Shown piece after piece: positions 37,625-47,220 of a stretch of DNA of 64,000 nucleotides (its first letter is position 1; the number at the start of each line of letters is the position of its first letter). The DNA is taken from assembly GCA_902627615.1 (NCBI GenBank), contig CACOJW010000006.1:31204-95203 (forward strand), written 5' to 3'. The position numbers were made by a program, and so were the translations under genes. This DNA is from an uncultured marine group III euryarchaeote. GTDB taxonomy: Archaea; Thermoplasmatota; Poseidoniia; MGIII; CG-Epi1. The notes under the pieces were generated by a model. That model saw nothing but the letters and a program-made list of their open reading frames with translations. It ran no database searches and was not told the DNA's origin.

Positions 37625-39181
37625 ATGAGCCGTTCAAAGAAAATATTAGATGCGCCAAAGAAAATTAGAGAAAAATTAAAAGATTTTAATGAAGAAAGAA
37701 AAAAACCAAAGGAGCCTATTACTACAAAAGCTTCAATGTTTAGCATTTTTTCTTGGGCATTTTACGATCTCGGGAATACAATCTTTTCGGTATTAATCGT
37801 TTCATTTTATTTTAGTTTATGGGTTGTCAGTGATGAAGTAGGGGGTTCGGATGCAGACTATGGTTATGCTAATGCAGCATCCATGGCACTTGTTTTCCTC
37901 ACTGCGCCTTTGATTGGAGCATTGTCAGATCAAGCAAGACGTCGTATGCCCTTTCTTTTCGTTACAACTCTAGCTTGCGTTGCTTTTACAGCACTTTTAG
38001 GATATGAGAGAGATGGATGGAGTAAGAGTACAATTCTTACGGCTTCATTGGTTTTCTTTGTAGTCGCCAATTATTTTTACCAAGCAGGTCTTATTTTTTA
38101 CGACTCTACTTTAGCTACAATTTCTACTCCAGGTAATAAGGGCCGCATAGGCGGTATTGGTATTGGTGTAGGTTACGTCGGAGCACTTATTGGAATATTG
38201 TCTGCGCTTTACATTACTTCAGTTTTAGGCTTCCCATATACTGCAGTATTTCAGGCCACAGCTATGCTTTTCCTAATATTTGCGATTCCTTGTTTTATTT
38301 TTGTTAAAGAGACTCCTGAAGATAATTTCTGGCCTAGTTTGATGATTCTAATGGCAATTTTGCTAGGACTTAATGCTTGGCTGGTTAGCGGAACAATGCA
38401 GTATGCTACAATTTTTTTCTCAATAATCTGTGTTATTTCATCTATGAATACAAAAACATCGCCTTTGTTTCGCGACGGATCAATTTTAGGTGCAGTTTCT
38501 GGTACTTTTACACAATTAAAAGGCACCTTGTCCATGCTCGACGATTTTCCAGGTTTATCCCGCTTTTTAGTTGGCCGTATATTTTACACAGATGCAGCTA
38601 ATACTTCGATTACTTTTGCAGCAATTTATGTTAGAGAAGAATTTGGCATGGAGGATTCTGAAATTGCTGTTTACACATTAATTGGGGTTTTTTCTTCAAT
38701 TATTAGCGGATTTATCTGGGGATATTTAGTTGATATAATTGGTCCAAAATCTACACTGAATGCAGTTCTTTGGTTTTGGTTTGCTTCCTTTACACTTTTA
38801 ATTTCCACAGTTTGGCTAGGATTGCCAGTGTGGATGATATGGCTTGCACCATTCTTAGCAGGTGTAGCCTTAGGAGGAACTTGGTGTGCTGATAGGCCAT
38901 ACATGCTTGTTTTGACTCCTCCTCGTTACATTGGTCAATTTTACGGTTTGTACAGTATGGTAGGGCGTTTTGCTACGATTATAGGTCCTTTATCTTGGGC
39001 AATAATTGTTGACGAACTCGGTTTCGGAAGGCCTGCTGCAATAGCTTTCTTGTTTATCATTATGATAATTGGTTACATAATACTCCAAGGTGTAGATGAT
39101 AAGCCTAGGGAGTGGCCTCCAGAGTTACAGGCAGATTATGAGCCTGAACCACCACGTGGAGCCATAGGAAGGTCACGCTAA
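37625..39181 (+). CDS. MFS transporter, UMF1/Atg22-like family (tandem paralogue)
   Basis: FYDLGNTIF motif and a polytopic profile. Starts 2 nt after the upstream stop. Confidence 0.7.
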   Translation: MSRSKKILDAPKKIREKLKDFNEERKKPKEPITTKASMFSIFSWAFYDLGNTIFSVLIVSFYFSLWVVSDEVGGSDADYGYANAASMALVFLTAPLIGALSDQARRRMPFLFVTTLACVAFTALLGYERDGWSKSTILTASLVFFVVANYFYQAGLIFYDSTLATISTPGNKGRIGGIGIGVGYVGALIGILSALYITSVLGFPYTAVFQATAMLFLIFAIPCFIFVKETPEDNFWPSLMILMAILLGLNAWLVSGTMQYATIFFSIICVISSMNTKTSPLFRDGSILGAVSGTFTQLKGTLSMLDDFPGLSRFLVGRIFYTDAANTSITFAAIYVREEFGMEDSEIAVYTLIGVFSSIISGFIWGYLVDIIGPKSTLNAVLWFWFASFTLLISTVWLGLPVWMIWLAPFLAGVALGGTWCADRPYMLVLTPPRYIGQFYGLYSMVGRFATIIGPLSWAIIVDELGFGRPAAIAFLFIIMIIGYIILQGVDDKPREWPPELQADYEPEPPRGAIGRSR

Positions 39182-39250
39182 CCACTTTATTAGTCAAGTT
39201 AGGCCACTTTGAGGCATAAAAGCATTTAATTCGAGTTTAATTGGATTCTT

Positions 39251-39334
39251 ATGGTTGCAGATCAAATAAACCATTATAGAAGGGAAAAAAAGCTGCAAAG
39301 AAAAATCAATAAAATTGTGGATGATGATGATTAG
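39251..39334 (+). CDS. Candidate 27-aa ORF in a 216-nt spacer (weak)
   Basis: MVADQINHYRREKKLQRKINKIVDDDD. ATTTAATT lies ~23 nt upstream of the ATG. There is no other support. Confidence 0.15.
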   Translation: MVADQINHYRREKKLQRKINKIVDDDD

Positions 39335-39397
39335 AGTAAACGAAAGGCCATATAGTGAAGACAAAACCACTTTAACAGATATCTTTGTGACAATTTC

Positions 39398-40582
39398 ATG
39401 GAACGTCGCTTAGACCACTATTTGGAAAGATTAGTATCACCAGATTCAATGACATTCTACAAAGCACTATGTGACTTTGCTGATGAAAGAATAGAACCTA
39501 ATTATCTCGGTTGGGAAAGAAATCATGAGTTACTTCCTCAAGATATTATTGATGAAATGGGGCAAATGGGGCTTTTTGGAGTTACAGTTTCCGAAAAGTA
39601 TGGTGGACAGGGTGGTAATCAGTTAGATTTGATTTTAATGGGTTTAGCTCTTGGTTATCATTCACAATCCTTAGCGATAACTCCCGGTGCCGCCATGTCA
39701 TTAGGAGCTAAACCACTGCAGCTATTTGGTACAGAGGAACAAAAGAAATCACATTTACCAGATTTAGCAGCTGGAAAGCGAATGTTTGTTTTTGGATTAT
39801 CAGAACCAGGCAGAGGTTCAGATGCTACTAATCCTCAAGTTACAGCTAAGAAAGATGGTAATGAATGGGTTATCAAAGGTGAAAAATGTTGGTCTACAAA
39901 TGCAAAATGGTCTAGTCATGTTGTAGTTCATGCTATGACAGATCCAAATTCTAAGCCAGGGTACAGGACTACGTGTTTCATTGTTCCAATGGATAATCCC
40001 AATGTTTCATATCAGGAAATGGCTGGCAAAGATTTGTGGAGTCAATCTTCAACTGGTTCAATTACCTTTGATGATGTTCGAGTTTCCGATGATGCTATTC
40101 TTGGAAAAGAAAATGAAGGTTTCAAGGTCATGGCTCAGACTTTGAATGGCGGCCGTTTATTCATTGCAGGTATGTCTTTGGCCTCATTGGCATTTGCGTT
40201 AGACAAATGTAGAACATATTCTCAAGAAAGAGAGCAATTTGGTGTACCTATTGGTAGTTTCCAGAGAGTTCAGGATGTAGTAATTGATATGGATATTACA
40301 TTAGAACAAGGTTTGACTTGGTTGATTGATTTGACAAATAGGTATGATGAAGATACCTTAGATAGAGAATCTGCCGCAAAAGTCAAGATTGAGTGTTCTC
40401 GTAAAGCTTCGGATCATTTAACAATGGCAATGGAAATTTGTGGTGGAGTGTCTTCCTTGGATGAGTTTGGATTGATCAGGCACCACAGAGACTTATTTGT
40501 TTGTAGAGTTGGAGAAGGTAGTAACTTTGCACTGAAAGGTTTTGCAGCAAGACCTTTGATGCCAGATATTACTTTGCAGTAA
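39398..40582 (+). CDS. Acyl-CoA dehydrogenase
   Basis: GLSEPGRGSDA, KCWSTNA, the QFG.PIGSFQ region, and a ~390-aa length with the typical three-domain layout. Confidence 0.85.
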   Translation: MERRLDHYLERLVSPDSMTFYKALCDFADERIEPNYLGWERNHELLPQDIIDEMGQMGLFGVTVSEKYGGQGGNQLDLILMGLALGYHSQSLAITPGAAMSLGAKPLQLFGTEEQKKSHLPDLAAGKRMFVFGLSEPGRGSDATNPQVTAKKDGNEWVIKGEKCWSTNAKWSSHVVVHAMTDPNSKPGYRTTCFIVPMDNPNVSYQEMAGKDLWSQSSTGSITFDDVRVSDDAILGKENEGFKVMAQTLNGGRLFIAGMSLASLAFALDKCRTYSQEREQFGVPIGSFQRVQDVVIDMDITLEQGLTWLIDLTNRYDEDTLDRESAAKVKIECSRKASDHLTMAMEICGGVSSLDEFGLIRHHRDLFVCRVGEGSNFALKGFAARPLMPDITLQ

Positions 40583-40613
40583 CATAATTAAAGGGGCTTA
40601 TCTTCATCGAAAT

Positions 40614-40835
40614 GTGGATTTTAACGAGATAGTTTGCTACAGCCAAACAATCATTTTAATTTTGTTGTTAATAGGTTCTCTTTTAAATTTTAGAAAGGAT
40701 TTGAGTTCAACTAAAGAGAAAGTAGTGTCAACATGCCCTTCATGTGGTTACGAGATTGACGGATCTGACGTTCAGTATTGTGCTAAATGTGGAAACATGC
40801 TATCTCAATCAGAGGGCTTAAAATTAGAAAAATAA
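40614..40835 (+). CDS. Small membrane-anchored zinc-ribbon protein
   Basis: One TM helix (IILILLLIGSLL) then CPSCGYEI..YCAKCGN. GTG start. Confidence 0.45.
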   Translation: MDFNEIVCYSQTIILILLLIGSLLNFRKDLSSTKEKVVSTCPSCGYEIDGSDVQYCAKCGNMLSQSEGLKLEK

Positions 40836-40874
40836 TCCTAATATCTTTAAGTATAACAATTCTTATTGGTAAAA

Positions 40875-41099
40875 ATGAAGCGCAGAGAAATCTCTTTTTC
40901 TAGTGATGACAAGGAAATATGTGGCGTTAGTGGTTGTAGTAAAGTCCCTAAACGCTCGATACCTCGCAAAAGGGTTGAAAAAGTCGGTGCTCTAAATCTC
41001 CGAGGCTCAAATCGTAAGGTTCCACTTTGCTCAGATTGTTATCGAATTTTTAAGAAGGAAACAAAGAAAGACAGAGCCATGGAGTCCTTAGGTAGATGA
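40875..41099 (+). CDS. Small basic Cys-motif (putative zinc-binding) protein
   Basis: CGVSGCSK...CSDCY. ATG at 40875; the track gives TTG at 40866. Its stop overlaps the next gene's start (ATGA). Confidence 0.4.
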   Translation: MKRREISFSSDDKEICGVSGCSKVPKRSIPRKRVEKVGALNLRGSNRKVPLCSDCYRIFKKETKKDRAMESLGR

Positions 41100-42598
41100 G
41101 TGCCACTTATGCTATTTTTGAAGCTGAATTTCGTACAGCTTTCCGCAAGAATGTTCAAGGGTTAAAGAAAAGAATTGCCGGGACATTTTTCATTTTTTTC
41201 ATAGGTTTGATATTTTCATTTGCCTGTATACGCCTTATAAAATTTGTAATAGATAATCCCGAATTGTTTCCAGAGGGTTCCAATGAGGGATATGGTACAA
41301 TATTGTTGATATTTTTTGCATTATTTACTTTAAGAACTGCAGGTTTGACATACAGAAGAATTATTAAGTCAAAACGTATGGATTTGCATTTAGTACAGCC
41401 AATCACTCCTAGACAAATAATGTTAGGAATGTGTTTTTCTATTTTAATTCCTAATTTTCTATTAGCACTTTCGTTATTAGGTTTGTTTTATCTTGGTAAC
41501 ATCGTAACAAACACAGGCATCGTTCTTACTAATGATTTTTTAATATTATATTTTCTTCTTAGTATTTTATCCTCTCTCAGTGGATATATTTTCTCAATTG
41601 CAGGTGCTTTACATCCGTTTTCCCGTAAGATTGCCTTTCTCATCATTTTGTCACCTATTTTGGTTGTAGTAATGTTAGTGTCAAATGAATCTCATCTTTA
41701 CCCAACAGAAGCCATAATTGTCTGTCTTGTTTGCTTATTGTTTTTATCAGTATTTTTTTATTTTATGGATGGTATATTTGTTGAAGCTTTAGAATCATAT
41801 AAAATAAATTCTTCCTCACATAAAAATCCAACTAGAATTTTGCAATTCAATTGGCTAAATTCTATAATTGGAATTAGAGCCTCTTCAATATGTTCTAAAG
41901 AGGTAATATCTTCAATAAGAGAGAGAGATGTTCTCAGTTCAGCTTTCTCCACCTTTTCTCTCGCATTCATTCTTGTTTTTTGGTGGTTTAAAGTAGGCAT
42001 TCCAAGTGAACCTTTAGGCGATTTGCCTACTACACTATATTACCCAGGCATGCTTGCAATGAGCTTGTACATAGGAGCTTTACTTCAATGTACGATGTTA
42101 GGTTCAACAATATTAGGTGTTGAAGGTAAGCGTATGTGGATTATGAAATCTAATCCGGTTGAATCTATGTTGATAATGAAGGGTAAAGCAACAGCCTTAG
42201 TCATGATGGCTCTTCCAGGCTTAATAGCTATTTGGATTCCTATTTGTCTTTTAGCTCAATTTCCATTAAAAGTTACTCTATTTTTTGGTCAATGTCTTTT
42301 GATACTTCTTTTTTGTAATACAGGCCTTGGTATTTGGGCAGGTAGTACATTTGCAAATTTTGATGAGAGTGATAGAGGTAATCCAGATATTTTAGTTCAA
42401 TTCATGCTGATGGGTACTTCAGCACTTTTTTCTGGAATAATTCTAATTCTTCCAGCAACTATTATGCTCTGGGATTATAATGCAGGGTTGTTGGCAGGTT
42501 TGATATTTTCATTTGTATCACTTGGAGTGTTACTTGCAGGAATCCGTTCAGCAGCTTCAGCGTATAGGTCAATTTTTGTTGATAGTTATGGAGTTTAG
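41096..42598 (+). CDS. Polytopic membrane protein (about 12 helices), ABC-2-permease-like appearance
   Basis: 500-aa hydrophobic ORF, translationally coupled to the small Cys-motif protein. No catalytic motif recognised. Confidence 0.55.
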   Translation: MSATYAIFEAEFRTAFRKNVQGLKKRIAGTFFIFFIGLIFSFACIRLIKFVIDNPELFPEGSNEGYGTILLIFFALFTLRTAGLTYRRIIKSKRMDLHLVQPITPRQIMLGMCFSILIPNFLLALSLLGLFYLGNIVTNTGIVLTNDFLILYFLLSILSSLSGYIFSIAGALHPFSRKIAFLIILSPILVVVMLVSNESHLYPTEAIIVCLVCLLFLSVFFYFMDGIFVEALESYKINSSSHKNPTRILQFNWLNSIIGIRASSICSKEVISSIRERDVLSSAFSTFSLAFILVFWWFKVGIPSEPLGDLPTTLYYPGMLAMSLYIGALLQCTMLGSTILGVEGKRMWIMKSNPVESMLIMKGKATALVMMALPGLIAIWIPICLLAQFPLKVTLFFGQCLLILLFCNTGLGIWAGSTFANFDESDRGNPDILVQFMLMGTSALFSGIILILPATIMLWDYNAGLLAGLIFSFVSLGVLLAGIRSAASAYRSIFVDSYGV

Positions 42599-42663
42599 TA
42601 CTGCCGGATAGAATAATAATAGGCACTCTATAGTGTAATGTGGTACTTGTAGCATCCGATAAA

Positions 42664-45600
42664 ATGGAGTCCTATTTTCGGAATTTAGAAAAAAAGGCAG
42701 ATGAATGCTATGATTTAGTTTCTAAAGCACGCAAAGCAGGTTTCGATCCTTCTTTGGAACCAGAGATTCCTCGTGCGAAGGATTTGGCGGAAAGAGTTGA
42801 GGCACAGGTTGGTCCTGAGGGTATAGCACCAAGAATACGTAAAGCTGCAGAAACTAATGACAGAGAGTCTACTGCGTTGATAATAGCAAAGGAGCTGGCA
42901 AAAGAATTAAAAGAAAAAGAAGGAGTTGCTTTCGCACTCGAACAAGCAGTTCGAACATCACTTTCAATACTTACAGAGGGTGTACTTGTAGCACCTACTG
43001 AAGGTGTTGTTAAAGTGAGTACTTTAGAGAACAATAACGGAACTACTTGCGCTTCAATTTACTACGCAGGACCTATTAGGGCAGCAGGTGGTACTGCACA
43101 GGCTTTGTCTGTTTTGATAGCTGATGTGGTAAGGCGAGAGCTAGGTCTAGATTCATACATCCCTACTCCCGCAGAAGTTGAAAGATACAAGGAGGAAATT
43201 CCATTATACAAGAGAGCTGTGAATCTTCAGTATGTACCCAGCTCCGAGGAGATTGAAACTATAGTGACTTCATGCCCAATATGTGTTACCGGGGAAAGGA
43301 CAGACAGATTAGAGGTTGCAGGGAATAGGGATTTGCCACGTGTTGAAACTAATTCTTTGAGAGGTGGTGCTTGTTTAGTTTTAGCAGAGGGCCTTTGTCT
43401 CAAGGCTGCGAAAATAATGAAACACGTAGACCGTTTATCCATAAGTGGCTGGGACTTCCTTAGAAAATATACAGAGAAAAAAAAGAGTACCGCTTCTTTG
43501 GATACTAAAGAACATAAATACCTGAAAGACGTCATCGCAGGTAGGCCCATTTTTGCATTTCCTGATGAGCCTGGAGCTTTTCGTTTGAGATATGGTCGTT
43601 CGCGGTCATCAGGCTTGGCATCGATGTCTTTACATCCTTCAAGCATGCTAGTCGTTGATTCATTTGCAGCCATAGGCACTCAAATCAAGCTTCAACTTCC
43701 AGGTAAGGCAACAGCAGCTAATCCTTGTGACTCAATAGAAGGTCCTTCAGTTATTTTGAAAGATGGTAGATATATGAGACTTGACAACTATGAGGATGCT
43801 GAAAAATTTATTAACCAAATAGACCAGATAGTCGATCTTGGAGAAATATTAATTCCTGTTGGAGAGTTTATTGAAAATAATCATAATCTAGAGCCCTCTG
43901 GTTGGTGCGATGAGTGGTGGAATGCCATCATTGAGAGTCACGAAATTCCAAGATATGAAGGAAATTATGATTTTGATTCATTGCTAGAGTATAGTAGAAG
44001 TAATGACATACCGCTTCATCCGAAGTATACTTATTTTTGGGCAGACATAAGCGTTGACGAAGTAAGCGACCTTAGAAATCAATTAGTTAGAGATTCAGCT
44101 GACGTTGTTAATAATAACTTTAAGTTAATTTACAAAGAGATTTTTTTGAAATTAGGTTTGTTTTACCAGATAAAGGATCAAAAGTTAATACTAAATGATG
44201 GTTTCAAACCCTTGGTAACGCAACTAGGATTGATAGTAAAAGATTCTAAATTAGTATTAGATTCAGACGCAAATGAAACGGATAATGTAATTGAATTGAT
44301 TTCTTCTTTATCAAAAGTAGAAATTAAAAATCGTGCACCTACAAGAGTCGGCGCTAGTATGGGCCGTCCAGAAAAGGCAAATGAGCGTAGAATGAAACCT
44401 CCTCCTCATGTATTATTTCCTCTTGGTAATTCTGGAGGCAATCAAAGACTAGTAAATAGTGCATTAACGTCCAATGCACCAAATAGGGGTTTTTCTCAAG
44501 GGCGCGCAGGGCGTATTGAGATGGAAGTTCAATTACGATATTGTAAGAAATGTAATAATGAAACAATTTCGATAAATTGCTGTAATTCACAGACTATGGT
44601 AAAAGAATCTCCTAAGCGACGTTTAGTAGATATTTCAGAATTAGTGACTAAGGCAATGAACAATGTCAAGACAGGAATTCTTCCTAAAGTAAAAGGAACG
44701 GATACTCTTAAATCAAAAAACAAAATTCCTGAATGTTTAGAAAAGGGAATATTAAGGGCTAAAAGAGATTTGAGAGTTTACAAAGATGGAACTTTGAGGT
44801 ATGATATGATTGATCTGCCTATAACTCATTTTTATCCAAAAGAAATTGGGTTAACTTTAGAAAAAGCTAAGGAACTAGGATATACAGAAGATATTGATGG
44901 TAAAGAATTGCTATCTTCAGAACAGTTGGTCGAGATTAAAGTACAAGATTTAATTGTTTCGGAAAGGGCCGGAAATTGGCTAGTAAAGGTATCTAATTTT
45001 GTTGATGATGAACTTTCAAAGTTGTACGGTTTAGATCCGTTTTACAATTTAAGTCCAAATTCTAAACCGGAAGATCTAATTGGAAATCTCCTAATTTGTC
45101 TTAGTCCTCATACATCAGCAGGAGTTTTAACACGTTTAATTGGTTTCACGTCTGCAAAGGCACAGTATGGCCATCCGTTCCTACATGCAGCTAAGAGGAG
45201 AAATTGTGATGGTGATGAAGATTCTATAATGCTTCTTTTAGATGGATTATTAAATTATTCAGATAGTTTTGTACCTACCACAAGAGGAGGTACGATGGAT
45301 ATTCCAAGAGTTTTATCTACCAGAATAGATCCTATTGAGATTGATAGCGAAGCTCATAATGTTGAATTGAATAAGCATTACCCTCTGGAACTTTATGAAA
45401 AAGCAGAAAAGAAAGTTCCTTCAAGTTCAATAACCAATCTTTTAGATATGGTTTCTAATCGACTTGAGAGCCCAGAACAATATGAGAATTATAACTTTAC
45501 TCATAGCTCTTCAAGCATAAACTTGGGCCCGGTTGAATCGCGCTATGTAACGTTAGATTCAATGGCAGATAAGGCATTGGCTTCTTTGGAATTAGCTTCA

Positions 45601-45954
45601 AAGACAAGAGCATCAAATGCTACATATGTTGCAGATCAAACTATTGAGAAGCACTTGATTAGAGATTTAATTGGAAACTTGCGTGCGTTTTCTACTCAAT
45701 CAGTTAGATGTAAGAAATGTAATACTAAATTCCGACGTCCTCCTTTGACAGATAACTGCTCTTGCGGAGGAAAATTACAACTTAATATTTCTCCAGCTTC
45801 TGTTGCTAAATATAGAAAAATAGCTACAGAGATTTCAGAACGTTATGGTTCAAGGCCATTCATTAGGCAAAGGTTAGAGTTAGCATTTAATGCAATAGAG
45901 GAAACACTTGAGAATGAGCAAATAAAGCAGATGGATCTTGGAGCATTTCTTTGA
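42664..45954 (+). CDS. polC: DNA polymerase II (PolD) large subunit DP2
   Basis: N-terminus MESYF..KARKAGFDPSLEPEIPRAKDLAERVE, catalytic KRRNCDGDEDSIMLLLD, and a C-terminal zinc module CKKCNTKFRRPP..CSCGG. I prefer ATG at 42664 over GTG at 42640. No intein-sized insertion. Confidence 0.92.
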   Translation: MESYFRNLEKKADECYDLVSKARKAGFDPSLEPEIPRAKDLAERVEAQVGPEGIAPRIRKAAETNDRESTALIIAKELAKELKEKEGVAFALEQAVRTSLSILTEGVLVAPTEGVVKVSTLENNNGTTCASIYYAGPIRAAGGTAQALSVLIADVVRRELGLDSYIPTPAEVERYKEEIPLYKRAVNLQYVPSSEEIETIVTSCPICVTGERTDRLEVAGNRDLPRVETNSLRGGACLVLAEGLCLKAAKIMKHVDRLSISGWDFLRKYTEKKKSTASLDTKEHKYLKDVIAGRPIFAFPDEPGAFRLRYGRSRSSGLASMSLHPSSMLVVDSFAAIGTQIKLQLPGKATAANPCDSIEGPSVILKDGRYMRLDNYEDAEKFINQIDQIVDLGEILIPVGEFIENNHNLEPSGWCDEWWNAIIESHEIPRYEGNYDFDSLLEYSRSNDIPLHPKYTYFWADISVDEVSDLRNQLVRDSADVVNNNFKLIYKEIFLKLGLFYQIKDQKLILNDGFKPLVTQLGLIVKDSKLVLDSDANETDNVIELISSLSKVEIKNRAPTRVGASMGRPEKANERRMKPPPHVLFPLGNSGGNQRLVNSALTSNAPNRGFSQGRAGRIEMEVQLRYCKKCNNETISINCCNSQTMVKESPKRRLVDISELVTKAMNNVKTGILPKVKGTDTLKSKNKIPECLEKGILRAKRDLRVYKDGTLRYDMIDLPITHFYPKEIGLTLEKAKELGYTEDIDGKELLSSEQLVEIKVQDLIVSERAGNWLVKVSNFVDDELSKLYGLDPFYNLSPNSKPEDLIGNLLICLSPHTSAGVLTRLIGFTSAKAQYGHPFLHAAKRRNCDGDEDSIMLLLDGLLNYSDSFVPTTRGGTMDIPRVLSTRIDPIEIDSEAHNVELNKHYPLELYEKAEKKVPSSSITNLLDMVSNRLESPEQYENYNFTHSSSSINLGPVESRYVTLDSMADKALASLELASKTRASNATYVADQTIEKHLIRDLIGNLRAFSTQSVRCKKCNTKFRRPPLTDNCSCGGKLQLNISPASVAKYRKIATEISERYGSRPFIRQRLELAFNAIEETLENEQIKQMDLGAFL

Positions 45955-46589
45955 TACACATTGTTGATAAAATTAGTTCCACAAATGATTGGCTATCCAA
46001 ATATTATCTTGATATTGACGATACAGTTATTGCACTTGAGCAAACTAGCGGAAAAGGGCGTAGAGGCAATGTTTGGGATTCTAAAAGAGGAGGTTTTTAT
46101 ATGTCAACAGTGTCTTCCAATCATAAATTACTACCGGCAGTAGCTGCTGTGAGTTTAGTTAGAGTTCTTAGTGAAAATATTGCAGATTTATCACTTAAAT
46201 GGCCAAATGATTTGATAATATCTGGCAAGAAAGTGGGTGGTATATTATGTGAAAAGTTTGGCAATTACAGCATTGTTGGTATTGGAATTAATTTAGTTAA
46301 TGAACCAGCAATCAGTAATTCAACAAGTTTTGCATCTCATGGTTATGAGATTGATAAGTCTATTCTTTTGGCTTCATTTTTGTATAACTTTGATCAAGTG
46401 TCTGCCCTTGATTCGGAAAAAATCGTAGAAGAATTTACTAATTCGGATTGTTTAATAGGTAAGAAAATTTACTGGGCAGACAATTCGGGGGTTGCTAAAT
46501 CTATTGATTTAGATGGTTCATTGATTGTTGAATGCAATGGTCAAGACTTAAATTTGTATTCAGATGAGGTTCATATTGAAAAACATTGA
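45951..46589 (+). CDS. birA: Biotin-protein ligase (catalytic + C-terminal domain, no HTH)
   Basis: GKGRRGNVWDS and KWPNDL motifs. TTG start overlapping the polC stop. Confidence 0.8.
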   Translation: MIHIVDKISSTNDWLSKYYLDIDDTVIALEQTSGKGRRGNVWDSKRGGFYMSTVSSNHKLLPAVAAVSLVRVLSENIADLSLKWPNDLIISGKKVGGILCEKFGNYSIVGIGINLVNEPAISNSTSFASHGYEIDKSILLASFLYNFDQVSALDSEKIVEEFTNSDCLIGKKIYWADNSGVAKSIDLDGSLIVECNGQDLNLYSDEVHIEKH

Positions 46590-47175
46590 TTTAGAATTAG
46601 CTTGGAAAAATAATAATTTCCATTCAGTCGTTGATCTTCCAAAGAATTACAGAGTTTTAGATTTGACTAAAAATTCTTGGCCTAGTATTGATGACGAATA
46701 TTGTATTGGTAAGTATGATGAAGTAAGGCCAAATATGTACAAAACTTCAATTTTTGGAGGTATTCGTAATGTTCATGTTGGAATAGATATAGGTGGGCCT
46801 GTTGGAACACCCTGCAGGGCTTTTGAAAAAGGGATAATATCAAATTTCGGTTATAATCCAGAGCCAGGAGATTATGGTTTTGTCGTTATTACTGAGCATA
46901 AGATATCAGGAGTAAGCGTCTGGGCTTTGTATGGGCATTTAAATTCTAAATCAGTTAATGGCAAAGAGGTAGGTCAAGTTATTGAAAAAGGAGATATAAT
47001 TGCGTGGTTTGGAAATGAAAGTGAAAATGGAGGTTGGGCACCTCATCTTCACTTTCAATTGTCTTTGATTGAACCTGAGACGCATGATTTGCCAGGCGTA
47101 GTCAGTGCTAAGGACAGGGAAAAAGCATTAACAACTTATCCTGATCCAAGATTAGTTCTAGGACCGCTTTATTGA
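46564..47175 (+). CDS. M23 (LytM-type) metallopeptidase-fold protein, no signal peptide
   Basis: HVGIDIGGPVGTP (HxxxD) and PHLHFQL (HxH). Overlaps birA by 26 nt. Confidence 0.65.
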   Translation: MRFILKNIDLELAWKNNNFHSVVDLPKNYRVLDLTKNSWPSIDDEYCIGKYDEVRPNMYKTSIFGGIRNVHVGIDIGGPVGTPCRAFEKGIISNFGYNPEPGDYGFVVITEHKISGVSVWALYGHLNSKSVNGKEVGQVIEKGDIIAWFGNESENGGWAPHLHFQLSLIEPETHDLPGVVSAKDREKALTTYPDPRLVLGPLY

Positions 47176-47220
47176 TAATTTTGTTGGTAACTTTTTAATT
47201 AAGCTATTTTAATTACAGAT

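Noticed and set aside
39320-39397. GGATGATGATGA, considered as the C box of a C/D box sRNA
   Set aside because: No D or D' (CUGA) box lies at the required spacing. The run is the Asp-rich end of the tiny ORF.
43227-43679. 150-aa minus-strand ORF, and other minus-strand ORFs at 42708-43034, 44354-44590 and 44529-44723
   Set aside because: They lie antisense inside the highly conserved PolD large-subunit gene and resemble no known family.
42664-45954. Intein in PolD DP2
   Set aside because: The ~1,097-aa length is typical for an intein-free DP2, and no Cys/Ser...HN-Cys/Ser splice-junction block was seen.
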